From IMG/VR virus record IMGVR_UViG_3300025889_000580, positions 1 to 31,294 of that record: DNA of 31,294 bases. One strand, written 5' to 3'. The stretch is from a virus. Taxonomy: Duplodnaviria > Caudoviricetes. The position numbers and the translations under genes were made by a program. This document shows positions 9,376 through 17,011 of this stretch, one piece after another. Positions within the stretch are counted from its first letter, which is position 1. Every line of letters begins with the position of its first letter. The notes below the pieces were generated by a model that worked only from the letters and a program-made list of their open reading frames with translations, did no database searches and was not told the DNA's origin.

Positions 9376-9684
9376 TTACTCCATTGTGCCACCGTTAGCC
9401 CTTATTACAGCCTCATATTGACGGTGTAACTCTTGGACTTCAAGTGAAGGTTTTAACTCGGGGTTATCTACAATAACCAAACGCCTTGTTCTCCTAATGG
9501 TTTCGGCGTTCCACAAAGTTTTATTATTTATAGCATTTATAAAATCACTAATGGTTTCCAAGTTATTCTCTTTTGCTTGTTTAATCCAAATATGTGTAAG
9601 TAAAAAATTAACATCTTCTCTTAAATGTGGTAAATCAATTAAAAGAGATTTAATTGTATTGTATTTAACCCTTCTGTGTGCCAT
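9376..9684 (-). CDS. Hypothetical phage protein (102 aa, start MAHRRVK)
   Basis: Member of the - strand operon; basic ETIRRTRR..PEL motif suggests nucleic-acid binding. Confidence 0.7.
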   Translation of the reverse strand: MAHRRVKYNTIKSLLIDLPHLREDVNFLLTHIWIKQAKENNLETISDFINAINNKTLWNAETIRRTRRLVIVDNPELKPSLEVQELHRQYEAVIRANGGTME

Positions 9685-9895
9685 TTTTATAAAAGTTATC
9701 AATTTCAATTAGTTTATCTTTTACATTTTTAGTTTTACCATACATACACCACTCTGTAAGGGCGTCAGTAACTAAACAAAGTTCAAGTAATGACACTGGT
9801 TTATCTTTAGATTTTAAGAACTCCAATGCCAAGTGTGACTGGTTTTGCCAAATAATTTTTTGGTCTTTTTCTCGTGATTCAACAACATCAATCAT
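9665..9895 (-). CDS. Hypothetical protein, 76 aa
   Basis: A-rich leader; overlaps the downstream gene start. Confidence 0.7.
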   Translation of the reverse strand: MIDVVESREKDQKIIWQNQSHLALEFLKSKDKPVSLLELCLVTDALTEWCMYGKTKNVKDKLIEIDNFYKNGTQKG

Positions 9896-9935
9896 TTTTT
9901 TAATTTTTTTAAGGTTAATTTATTTTATTACTTTA

Positions 9936-9963
9936 ATTATAATAAATAAATAGAATAAAACAA
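9936..9963 (-). promoter_or_regulatory. Putative promoter TTGTTT-N16-TATAAT
   Basis: Upstream of the 9895 start, with the same spacing as the element at 11560-11587. The AT-rich context lowers significance. Confidence 0.4.
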
Positions 9964-9992
9964 GGGTTTTATCTAATTATTTTTATTTTTTA

Positions 9993-10310
9993 TTAAAATG
10001 GTAAACCATCATCATCAAGTTCATTATTGGATGCTTGCTGTAAAAGGTATGCTAAAAAATCATCAGTATGTTCTGTTAATACTGTTTGTATTAAACTGTA
10101 TAAAGTATCTGGGTCAACCAATAACATAAAATCATTCTCTTTTGAGTCCCTTAAACTTTGTGCGTTAAAGGTAATAACAATATTACTAATATCTTTTGTG
10201 TTATCCTCATCGTACTGGTTAATGGTATCATAAAAATGGTTAATACCAAAACAATCACCCCATTCGGTTAAAACATCTTTCTTAAATTGCTCTCTAAAAT
10301 CTTTATCCAT
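9993..10310 (-). CDS. Acidic hypothetical protein with SSB-like C-terminal tail
   Basis: Likely start MDKDF at 10310; ends in DDDGLPF. Confidence 0.65.
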   Translation of the reverse strand: MDKDFREQFKKDVLTEWGDCFGINHFYDTINQYDEDNTKDISNIVITFNAQSLRDSKENDFMLLVDPDTLYSLIQTVLTEHTDDFLAYLLQQASNNELDDDGLPF

Positions 10311-10470
10311 TATTATTAAGTTTATCCTCAAAGTAGTTTATATATTTTTCATATTCTAACTCTCTTTGTTTTTCTTGCCACATCTCGTATTGGTAATCCT
10401 CATCGTGACAATTTGTGTTAAAGGGGTTTTCCCAATCGTACTGCTCAAATAGTTGTTTAGTGTAACTCAT
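10303..10470 (-). CDS. Small acidic hypothetical protein, 55 aa (not in the ORF track)
   Basis: Translated by hand: MSYTKQLFEQYDWENPFNTNCHDEDYQYEMWQEKQRELEYEKYINYFEDKLNNNG. Fills the gap and overlaps both neighbours. Confidence 0.65.
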   Translation of the reverse strand: MSYTKQLFEQYDWENPFNTNCHDEDYQYEMWQEKQRELEYEKYINYFEDKLNNNG

Positions 10471-10753
10471 AATTTTTAATATTTAATTTAGTTTGATATT
10501 TTTCAATGTATTTTATAACGCCTTGGTAAGTGCTGTTACTTATTTTATTCCAAGGCTCGTATGATATTTTTTTTCTTTTGGTATTTATATAACCATAAGT
10601 TATATTGTAGTTATCCTCACCAATCATTGATATGGCAACATACATATCTTGTGTTATTGCTCTACGAATAACATTTTTACCAATATCAGTTTCAAGTATA
10701 ACATTTTTAACTTTGTTATTTTTTAACCAATCTACAATATCATTATTAACCAT
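10457..10753 (-). CDS. Hypothetical protein, 98 aa
   Basis: Tightly packed in the - strand operon. Confidence 0.65.
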   Translation of the reverse strand: MVNNDIVDWLKNNKVKNVILETDIGKNVIRRAITQDMYVAISMIGEDNYNITYGYINTKRKKISYEPWNKISNSTYQGVIKYIEKYQTKLNIKNYELH

Positions 10754-10754
10754 G

Positions 10755-11003
10755 TTATTTAATTTGTTTACCGCAAAGTGGATTTAGTTCAGTTGTAACC
10801 AATGTACCCTTTTTGATGGTTTTTTTGTTGTTTAAGACAACATCAGTGGTTAAGGTATATGTTTGCCTACCAGCCCAAGATAAAACCTCCCTATCCCTTT
10901 GTTTTTGTTTTATTTGACCCATATACTTGCGTTCAACATAGAAGTCAAGCATGTAACCAATAATCTCAAATTGTACTTTATCCATAATTTTACCTTTTTT
11001 CAT
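10755..11003 (-). CDS. Hypothetical protein, 82 aa
   Basis: ATG lies directly downstream of a Bacteroidota-type promoter. Confidence 0.7.
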   Translation of the reverse strand: MKKGKIMDKVQFEIIGYMLDFYVERKYMGQIKQKQRDREVLSWAGRQTYTLTTDVVLNNKKTIKKGTLVTTELNPLCGKQIK

Positions 11004-11007
11004 ACTA

Positions 11008-11038
11008 CAAATATAAATAATGTTCTTGATATTCCCAA
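11008..11038 (-). promoter_or_regulatory. Bacteroidota housekeeping-sigma promoter (-33 TTG, -7 TAnnTTTG)
   Basis: The - strand reads TTG-N20-TATATTTG-tagt-ATG, implying a nearly leaderless transcript. Confidence 0.65.
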
Positions 11039-11042
11039 GAAA

Positions 11043-11321
11043 TTATTCGTCCATTGTGTATAAATCCTCAAACCCAAAACCCCTTTGTTGAGCCAAGCCA
11101 GCCAAGGCAAGATATGTTTTTGTATCACCAACCCAGTTTACAGTTGCCATTACATTGCGGTCAAAGTCAATGTAAAACTCACACCATGTTTTACCGTGAG
11201 CCCACTCCCAATAAAATGTGTTATTCATTACGGTGGTAATATCTCTGCGTAAAATGTAAGTAGCGGTACTAATAATGAATATACCACTTGTATCAATTGT
11301 TTTTTTATTCTCCTTTGCCAT
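11043..11321 (-). CDS. Hypothetical protein (92 aa, start MAKENKK)
   Basis: Start overlaps the end of the upstream HTH gene. Confidence 0.65.
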   Translation of the reverse strand: MAKENKKTIDTSGIFIISTATYILRRDITTVMNNTFYWEWAHGKTWCEFYIDFDRNVMATVNWVGDTKTYLALAGLAQQRGFGFEDLYTMDE

Positions 11322-11541
11322 AATCTTGTGTAATATCAAGCCAACGGGCATGGATGTTTTTTGGGTTTTGTAACCCAATGTTTATTTTAGTAACAATTTC
11401 TCTTGAAATAGTTTTGTTTTGGCGGTTAGACGCAAATGACTGATTTACTTTATCAGCAATTTGTTTGTGTGTGTACTTACCACTTAACAACATTTTAATT
11501 ATGTTGTTTACCAGTCTTGGTGTTAATTTTTGTTTTCCCAT
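11305..11541 (-). CDS. Helix-turn-helix DNA-binding protein
   Basis: KLT...V..I..ML..G.YTHKQIA...ISREIV..I..G..W resembles a stand-alone HTH of the type found at the C-terminus of HNH nucleases. Confidence 0.6.
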   Translation of the reverse strand: MGKQKLTPRLVNNIIKMLLSGKYTHKQIADKVNQSFASNRQNKTISREIVTKINIGLQNPKNIHARWLDITQDYGKGE

Positions 11542-11559
11542 AATAGTTGCTTTTTATTA

Positions 11560-11601
11560 AATATATAAATAATTTATAAAAAAACAAGATAAACTTGTTT
11601 T
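11560..11601 (-). promoter_or_regulatory. Putative promoter TTGTTT-N16-TATATT overlapped by an inverted repeat (possible operator)
   Basis: The inverted repeat AAAACAAG-ataaa-CTTGTTTT (11581-11601) covers the upstream element of the HTH gene promoter. Confidence 0.4.
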
Positions 11602-11624
11602 ATTACTTATAAATATACATAAAA

Positions 11625-11963
11625 TCAACTTTCTCCAAATTGTTTAGAATATTTTTCCATAAATTGTTGGTGTATGGTTTTACCACAACCAAAACAATAA
11701 CCAATCTTTTTAAGAAATTGTTGGGTATCAATAAAATCTTTTTCGGTTAAGGGGTTAAGTTTTAAGTATGCCATATCTTTATCGGGTTCAATATCTAACT
11801 TTTGCCCGTGATGTTTACAAGAACTATCAATACCCCATAAACTATCTTTACGCTTGTAAAAATCTTTTTCGGGTTTGTAAGTACCACATTGGGTACAAAA
11901 GTAAGTCCAACCATCTACGGACATCATACGGCGTGATAAATACTGTTGGAAATGTTTAGCCAT
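11625..11963 (-). CDS. Zn-finger-like protein A (112 aa, start MAKHF); paralog of 12321..12695
   Basis: CTQC..KPEKDF..SSCKHH motif and C-terminal YLKLN..LKKIGY..IHQQFMEKY. Confidence 0.75.
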   Translation of the reverse strand: MAKHFQQYLSRRMMSVDGWTYFCTQCGTYKPEKDFYKRKDSLWGIDSSCKHHGQKLDIEPDKDMAYLKLNPLTEKDFIDTQQFLKKIGYCFGCGKTIHQQFMEKYSKQFGES

Positions 11964-12029
11964 AAAAATAAATACTTTTTTTTTGTAAGTTATCTTGGTT
12001 GTTTTGTTATTTTTATTATATTTATAAAA

Positions 12030-12250
12030 GTTAATGGGACGCTCTGTATATCTACAAGCACCTGGCATTAACAGTTAAAGTACTTACCAGGGGGACAACC
12101 AAAGGTACAACCGAGAACAAAGAAAGAACGGTGGTTAAGGGCTGTAAGGGGGCTCGTAAGTTGCTTTCAAGTTATAACACCCATACTTGTTATAATCTGC
12201 CGACAAATAGTTGGTTGTGGTTCAGACCCGTGTAACAACGGGACTGGACT
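12030..12250 (+). ncRNA. Candidate structured ncRNA or structured origin
   Basis: GC-richer island with at least five helices, several using G-U pairs on the + strand; preceded by TATATTTATA at 12017-12026. Confidence 0.55.
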
Positions 12251-12320
12251 AACTCTACCTCTAAATAGTTATTTATCTAATAAATAATATAATATATATA
12301 ATATAGCATTAAATACTGGT

Positions 12321-12695
12321 ATGGCAAAAAATATAATTGATAGAATAAATAATACTACTGGTGAAATCTGGTGTAACTGGAAAAAGCACTGGGTAATGCC
12401 AGAAAAAATGAATATAAAAACAACAGTAGATAAAAGCCAAGTTTATTACCAAAGTTATTGTAAAGAATGCGTTTTAGAATATAACAGAGAAAGGCAAAGA
12501 AAAATTGTTACTGGTGAGCATGTACCAAAAACCTTAACCAAGAAAAATGATTATTTAAGAATTAACAATACACCAGATGATATTGTTGAAATGAAAAAAA
12601 TGTTACAGTCCATTGGTTATGATACAGAACAAAACATACACGAACAATTTATGAAAAAATACAAATATTTAATTGACAACCCAAAGTGGTTTTAG
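12321..12695 (+). CDS. Zn-finger-like protein B; paralog of 11625..11963
   Basis: WC....H..PEK..SYCKEC motif and C-terminal YLRIN..LQSIGY..IHEQFMKKY. Confidence 0.75.
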   Translation: MAKNIIDRINNTTGEIWCNWKKHWVMPEKMNIKTTVDKSQVYYQSYCKECVLEYNRERQRKIVTGEHVPKTLTKKNDYLRINNTPDDIVEMKKMLQSIGYDTEQNIHEQFMKKYKYLIDNPKWF

Positions 12696-12704
12696 TATAT
12701 TTAT
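12673..12704 (+). promoter_or_regulatory. Promoter TTGACA-N17-TATATT(TAT)
   Basis: TTGACA at 12673-12678 and TATATT at 12696-12701. Confidence 0.55.
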
Positions 12705-12789
12705 TAAACGGAAACACTCGGGTAGATTTATTTTATTCAGATAGTTGCTCTCATTAACAAAAACAACAATTTTTTTCCAAAGTGTATCC

Positions 12790-12820
12790 AAAACCCATCT
12801 CCACAAAAGATGGGTTTTTT
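12790..12820 (+). terminator. Rho-independent terminator
   Basis: AAAACCCATCT-ccacaaa-AGATGGGTTTTTT. Confidence 0.85.
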
Positions 12821-12877
12821 ATTTATGTTTTTTTTTAATTTATTGTTTTTTATTTGATTTTTGTTATATTTATTAAT

Positions 12878-13111
12878 ATGAGTTACTTTAATATGAATAA
12901 TGAAGAACAAGAGTTATTACAAAAAATATTTGTAATAGGAATAATGTGCCACAAGGGTGTAATACATACCAAAACCAATACTGTTAAAACATTAAAAGTT
13001 GTGGGACATATAAAACACATGTTAAAAACATCACATAGAAAAGAAGATTATGAAATATCACAACTATTAAGTGATATACTTAAAAACAAGGTGTATGTGG
13101 TACATAATTAA
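12878..13111 (+). CDS. Hypothetical protein with a UvrB/C-like EDYE motif
   Basis: Likely ATG at 12878, just after TATTTAT; contains EDYEISQLLSD. Confidence 0.55.
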   Translation: MSYFNMNNEEQELLQKIFVIGIMCHKGVIHTKTNTVKTLKVVGHIKHMLKTSHRKEDYEISQLLSDILKNKVYVVHN

Positions 13112-13137
13112 ATTAAATAATTAAATACTTATAAAAT

Positions 13138-13398
13138 ATGGGATGCGGTTGTAAAAAGGGTAAAGGTAAGGTTATGAATAACTTAAACAATACTGGCTAT
13201 ATTGAGGAAGCCAAACAAGTATATAATGATACTATATTAGGAAGGGATATAGATAGTTTTACTGATTTGGAAAAAGTTATTATTTTACAAACATATAACT
13301 TGTTGTATCCAGCATCAAGCATACAACCAAGTTTACAAGAAGCAATAAATAAAATAAAAGAAGGAATTGAAGTTTATGACATCAGAAGAAGGAAATAA
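13138..13398 (+). CDS. Hypothetical protein with MGCGCKK N-terminus
   Basis: 86 aa ORF with a TACTTAT leader. Confidence 0.7.
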   Translation: MGCGCKKGKGKVMNNLNNTGYIEEAKQVYNDTILGRDIDSFTDLEKVIILQTYNLLYPASSIQPSLQEAINKIKEGIEVYDIRRRK

Positions 13399-13804
13399 AA
13401 AGCCAGTCGGTAGACCCCGTTTAGAATCCACCATACCAGTTGGTTGGGAAGAGATTATTTTAGACGCTGGCGCAAGGGGTAAACACATTACAGATTTCTT
13501 AATAACATTGGGTATTAGTTGGGAAGGACACTATACCTTGTTAAAGAGAAATATTAAATATTATGAAACCGTCCACGAGTATCAAAAGTTATGTGAGCAG
13601 TATTGGTATAATATGGCACACAACGCAATGGCAGAAGATGGGGGACAAAAGTTTAACAGTAGATTGTGGAGTTTAATAATGCGTAATAAGTTTGGTAATA
13701 ATTGGACTGAACAAACCCATGTTGATGTAACAAGTAAGGGTGAGAGCATTGATAACAAAATCCAAATTGAAATATTAAAAAACAATGACTTGTTAAATGA
13801 CTAA
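13367..13804 (+). CDS. Terminase small subunit-like protein (TerS type 1)
   Basis: N-terminal GRP, an HTH-like LGISW segment, FNSRLW..IM.NKFG..W and the C-terminal VDVTSKGESI tail typical of TerS. The start may be the ATG at 13376. Confidence 0.7.
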   Translation: MKFMTSEEGNKKPVGRPRLESTIPVGWEEIILDAGARGKHITDFLITLGISWEGHYTLLKRNIKYYETVHEYQKLCEQYWYNMAHNAMAEDGGQKFNSRLWSLIMRNKFGNNWTEQTHVDVTSKGESIDNKIQIEILKNNDLLND

Positions 13805-13976
13805 ACCCGTTGATGATAAAGACTGGTTTTATTATACAGAACAACCGTATTACAATAGCGGAGGCAACAAACATTTACCAAAGTTAATAAAAGATTTTAT
13901 AACACAAAAAACAAATGAATTATATAAACCCAAAGGAGTTAAAAGAAAATCCACTAAACCCAAGAACCATAACTGA
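13797..13976 (+). CDS. Possible small protein, 59 aa (MTKPVDDKDWFYY..., not in the ORF track)
   Basis: ATG overlaps the end of TerS and the ORF fills the gap, but it overlaps the ParB gene by 62 nt. Confidence 0.3.
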   Translation: MTKPVDDKDWFYYTEQPYYNSGGNKHLPKLIKDFITQKTNELYKPKGVKRKSTKPKNHN

Positions 13977-14490
13977 TAGTAAGTTTAATAAACTGGTAAA
14001 AAGTATTAAGGAGTTTCCAAAGATGTTGGAACTACGCCCCATTGTTGTAGATAACACTTTAACTGTATTGGGTGGTAACATGCGTTTAAGGGCTTGTGTT
14101 GAAGCGGGGCTTGATAAAGTACCATACATAATCGGCACCGACTTAACTGACGATGAAAAGAAAGAGTTTATCATTAAAGATAACTTGGGTTATGGTGATT
14201 GGGACTGGGATATGTTACAAATAGATTGGGATATGGAACTATTACAAGACTGGGGGTTAACATACTTGGAACAAGAACAACAAGTAGATTACAGCATACT
14301 TGATGATGATGAGGTTGATGGTATATTAAACGGTATGGAGCAAAATGTAATGCGTGGCATACAAATAGAACTATACCCCGAGCACTATGATGAGTGCCAA
14401 GAGTTAATTAGTTTTTGGCGTGAAAGGGAAGGTTACATTGGTGGTATGTTAATAGAAAAACTAAAACAAGAAAAAGAAAAACTTGTATAA
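13915..14490 (+). CDS. ParB/Srx N-terminal domain protein
   Basis: LKENPLNPR, LVKSIKEFPKMLELRPIVVD, VLGGNMRLRA and IIKDN..GDWDWD motifs. Confidence 0.88.
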   Translation: MNYINPKELKENPLNPRTITDSKFNKLVKSIKEFPKMLELRPIVVDNTLTVLGGNMRLRACVEAGLDKVPYIIGTDLTDDEKKEFIIKDNLGYGDWDWDMLQIDWDMELLQDWGLTYLEQEQQVDYSILDDDEVDGILNGMEQNVMRGIQIELYPEHYDECQELISFWREREGYIGGMLIEKLKQEKEKLV

Positions 14491-14966
14491 TGGTTTACCA
14501 ACTGGTTGGAAATTGTGGTGTTGGTAAAACTTGGGTTATGTTACAATTATTAAATCAAGGTAACTATAAACCTTACAAGTTTGGTTTATGGCGTTTTATG
14601 CGTGATGGTAACAAGGTTATTGTTGGTAAGTATGATGGTAGTGTATTTCAAGGCAGTGATAAAATGGCAATGAATATAGCCAGTCAGTTTGATATGTTTA
14701 ACCAAGTGGTAAAACAAAAAGGCTGGCTGGTACTGGTAGAAGGTGATAGGTTTATGAATAACTCTTTTAGAAATACCTTTAACCCAACGGTAATAAAAAT
14801 AAATGGTGATGGCTTAAACGGGCGTTTATTAAGGGGTACAAACCAAAACACACAACACCTTAAACGCATTAACACAAGGGTTAATAACTACCAAAGTGAT
14901 TTTACATTTAGTAGTAGTAACCACTGTTTAGAATATTTAGAACAAATATGGAAAGAGTACAATTAA
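14490..14966 (+). CDS. P-loop nucleotide kinase of the phage DNA-modification type
   Basis: Walker A GNCGVGKT, GKYDG..F.G.D, Walker-B-like VLVEGDR and lid-like R..RG.NQ. Confidence 0.75.
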   Translation: MVYQLVGNCGVGKTWVMLQLLNQGNYKPYKFGLWRFMRDGNKVIVGKYDGSVFQGSDKMAMNIASQFDMFNQVVKQKGWLVLVEGDRFMNNSFRNTFNPTVIKINGDGLNGRLLRGTNQNTQHLKRINTRVNNYQSDFTFSSSNHCLEYLEQIWKEYN

Positions 14967-15751
14967 ATAAAATAGATAAACAAGTTAAAATTGGTGAACC
15001 AACCCCTTATTATGAACCAAACATAAAAGAAAGTTGTTTACTATATGATGGTGATGAACTGGTTGGTTTTTACATTAAAGATATAAATGAATATAACCCA
15101 AAGTTAACCCAACTTGTTACCTTGGCAAACAAAGAGTTCCGTAGTCCAAATGTACCCAAAAGTGAAATGAGCAGAGGTCCACAAGGTAATAAAAAAGATA
15201 AAATAGAAAGGGCAAAACAAGGGGTTAAGTTGGTAACACAATACAGCACCATACTTGGTAGTGTGCCACCAAAACCACACATGCGCCGTCCTTACCCAAC
15301 CATCAGTAGCGTCCATAATGAAAAAAAGGCAAAACCATTTATTAAAGCCATGTTATTGGCAGCAGTGGAAAGTGAAAAACTTATACAACAAATAGCACCA
15401 ACACTATACAACCAACAAACAGAAGCATTAAGTGGTGTTGACCCCAAATGGCGTTTTGGTAACCTTTTTACAAGTAGTATAAGTAACTTTAATATTAGTG
15501 CGGCATACCACCGTGATACTGGTAATATTGTAAACGCTTGTAATGTTATTATAACCAAGCGTGAAAACAGCACGGGTGGCTCACTCCATGTACCCGACTA
15601 TGACGCAACATTTGAGCAAGCAGACAACAGTATGTTGGTTTACCCAGCATGGCGTAATATACACGGGGTTACACCAATTATACCAATAAAAGAAGGTGGT
15701 TATAGAAATAGTTTAATATTTTATCCACTAAAAGCATTTGTTGGTTTATAA
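14948..15751 (+). CDS. TET/JBP-family 2OG-Fe(II) dioxygenase
   Basis: FTSSISNFN..AAYHRD.GN (HxD), GG.L..PDY, HGVTPI (distal His) and R.SLIFY (2OG-binding Arg). Confidence 0.8.
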   Translation: MERVQLNKIDKQVKIGEPTPYYEPNIKESCLLYDGDELVGFYIKDINEYNPKLTQLVTLANKEFRSPNVPKSEMSRGPQGNKKDKIERAKQGVKLVTQYSTILGSVPPKPHMRRPYPTISSVHNEKKAKPFIKAMLLAAVESEKLIQQIAPTLYNQQTEALSGVDPKWRFGNLFTSSISNFNISAAYHRDTGNIVNACNVIITKRENSTGGSLHVPDYDATFEQADNSMLVYPAWRNIHGVTPIIPIKEGGYRNSLIFYPLKAFVGL

Positions 15752-15754
15752 GTT

Positions 15755-16018
15755 ATGTTAACTGAAAAACAAGAAGCATTTTTAGATACCCTTGAAAAAT
15801 CACTTGGGGTGGTAAGCACAGCACTACTTAAAGAAGGTATAACCCGTGAGGAATATACCATGTGGTTAAAGAACAATGTTTTTAAGGCAAAGGTAGAACA
15901 CATAAATGAATTAAGTTTAGATTTTGTTGAGAATAAGTTATTAAAAAAAATAAAAGAAGATGACTTAAACGCAATACAATTTTTTCTTAAAACCAAAGGT
16001 AAAAAAAGGGGTTACTAA
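15755..16018 (+). CDS. HTH terminase small subunit-like protein (TerS type 2)
   Basis: LEKSLGVVS.A...GI.R..Y..W, LDFVE.KL and AI.FFLKTKGKKRGY, the TerS-like family seen before TerL in Bacteroidota phages. Confidence 0.7.
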   Translation: MLTEKQEAFLDTLEKSLGVVSTALLKEGITREEYTMWLKNNVFKAKVEHINELSLDFVENKLLKKIKEDDLNAIQFFLKTKGKKRGY

Positions 16019-16021
16019 AAT

Positions 16022-17011
16022 ATGAATATTATACAAGGTGATTGTTTTGAGTTAATTAAAGATTTACCAAGTAACTCTGTTGATTTGGTTATAACCAGTC
16101 CACCATACGCAGATATTGTTAATTACGGAAAAAATATATCCATTAAAAAACCACAAGATTATTGTGATTGGTTACTACCCTTGTTTAATGAAATATACCG
16201 TGTGTTAAAACCAAGTGGTAGTTTTATACTAAACATAAATGATAACTGCTCCAATGGTTTAAGAAATCCATTTATATACGAGTTAATATACCGCAGTCAA
16301 AAGGAAACCAACTTAAAGTTTTATGATACTTACATTTGGCACAAAAGAAATGGTATACCCAACAGTGCTAAAAAAAGGTTTAGAAATATGACAGAGTTTA
16401 TATTCCACTTTGTTAAAGACAAAAAGGAATTAAAGTTTTATATGGATAGGGTAATGGAAGAACCAACCCGTGATTATGTAAACCGTAGTAAGTATAAGGT
16501 AAACAAACACGGTGCCGTTACTGATGGTGAAAGAGAAAGGGAAATGGTATTATTACAAACACCAAAAAAAATTAGACCCGACAATGTTTTTAGATTTCCA
16601 ACCGCAGCAACAGCAAGGGACAATAAGATTAAACACCCAGCACCTTACCATAAAGAACTACCAAAGTATTTTATTAACTTATTAACAGACAAGGGGGATA
16701 CAGTTCTTGATGTGTTTAGTGGTATTGGAACTACGGGTATACCTTGTAAAGAATTGGAAAGAAATTATATTGGTTTTGAGTTAAACCAAAAATATGTTGA
16801 TTTTAGTATTAAAAGAATAAATGGTGAAGAGTTGGAAGAATGGGTTGTATGTGCGTATGACTTGGAAGACAACTTTGTTGGTTGTTGGAAAAACCGCATG
16901 GAAGCATCAAAAGCAACTGGTGTAGATGATGATGATATTATGAGAACTTATAATAGAACCAAGTTTAATAGTAGAGGTGGATATAAATGGAAATTGGAAA
17001 AAAGAATATGA
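16022..17011 (+). CDS. Beta-class amino DNA methyltransferase (probably m4C) with C-terminal NUMOD1-like domain
   Basis: Catalytic VDLVITSPPY precedes HPAPY and the SAM-binding VLDVFSGIGTT. The C-terminus reads YDLE.NFV..W....EA...TG.....GGYKWK. Confidence 0.88.
   Translation: MNIIQGDCFELIKDLPSNSVDLVITSPPYADIVNYGKNISIKKPQDYCDWLLPLFNEIYRVLKPSGSFILNINDNCSNGLRNPFIYELIYRSQKETNLKFYDTYIWHKRNGIPNSAKKRFRNMTEFIFHFVKDKKELKFYMDRVMEEPTRDYVNRSKYKVNKHGAVTDGEREREMVLLQTPKKIRPDNVFRFPTAATARDNKIKHPAPYHKELPKYFINLLTDKGDTVLDVFSGIGTTGIPCKELERNYIGFELNQKYVDFSIKRINGEELEEWVVCAYDLEDNFVGCWKNRMEASKATGVDDDDIMRTYNRTKFNSRGGYKWKLEKRI

Noticed and set aside
11964-12068. N-terminal extension of the 147-aa ORF 11625..12068
   Set aside because: It runs through low-complexity leader, promoter and structured element. 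The MAK start at 11963 matches the paralog.
12030-12250. tRNA or self-splicing intron
   Set aside because: No cloverleaf, T-loop or CCA end; no interrupted gene and no recognisable intron core motifs.
13915-14966. ParA/ParB plasmid partition system
   Set aside because: The P-loop protein lacks the deviant Walker A (KGGxGKT) and is kinase-sized. The ParB has no HTH and sits in the packaging locus.
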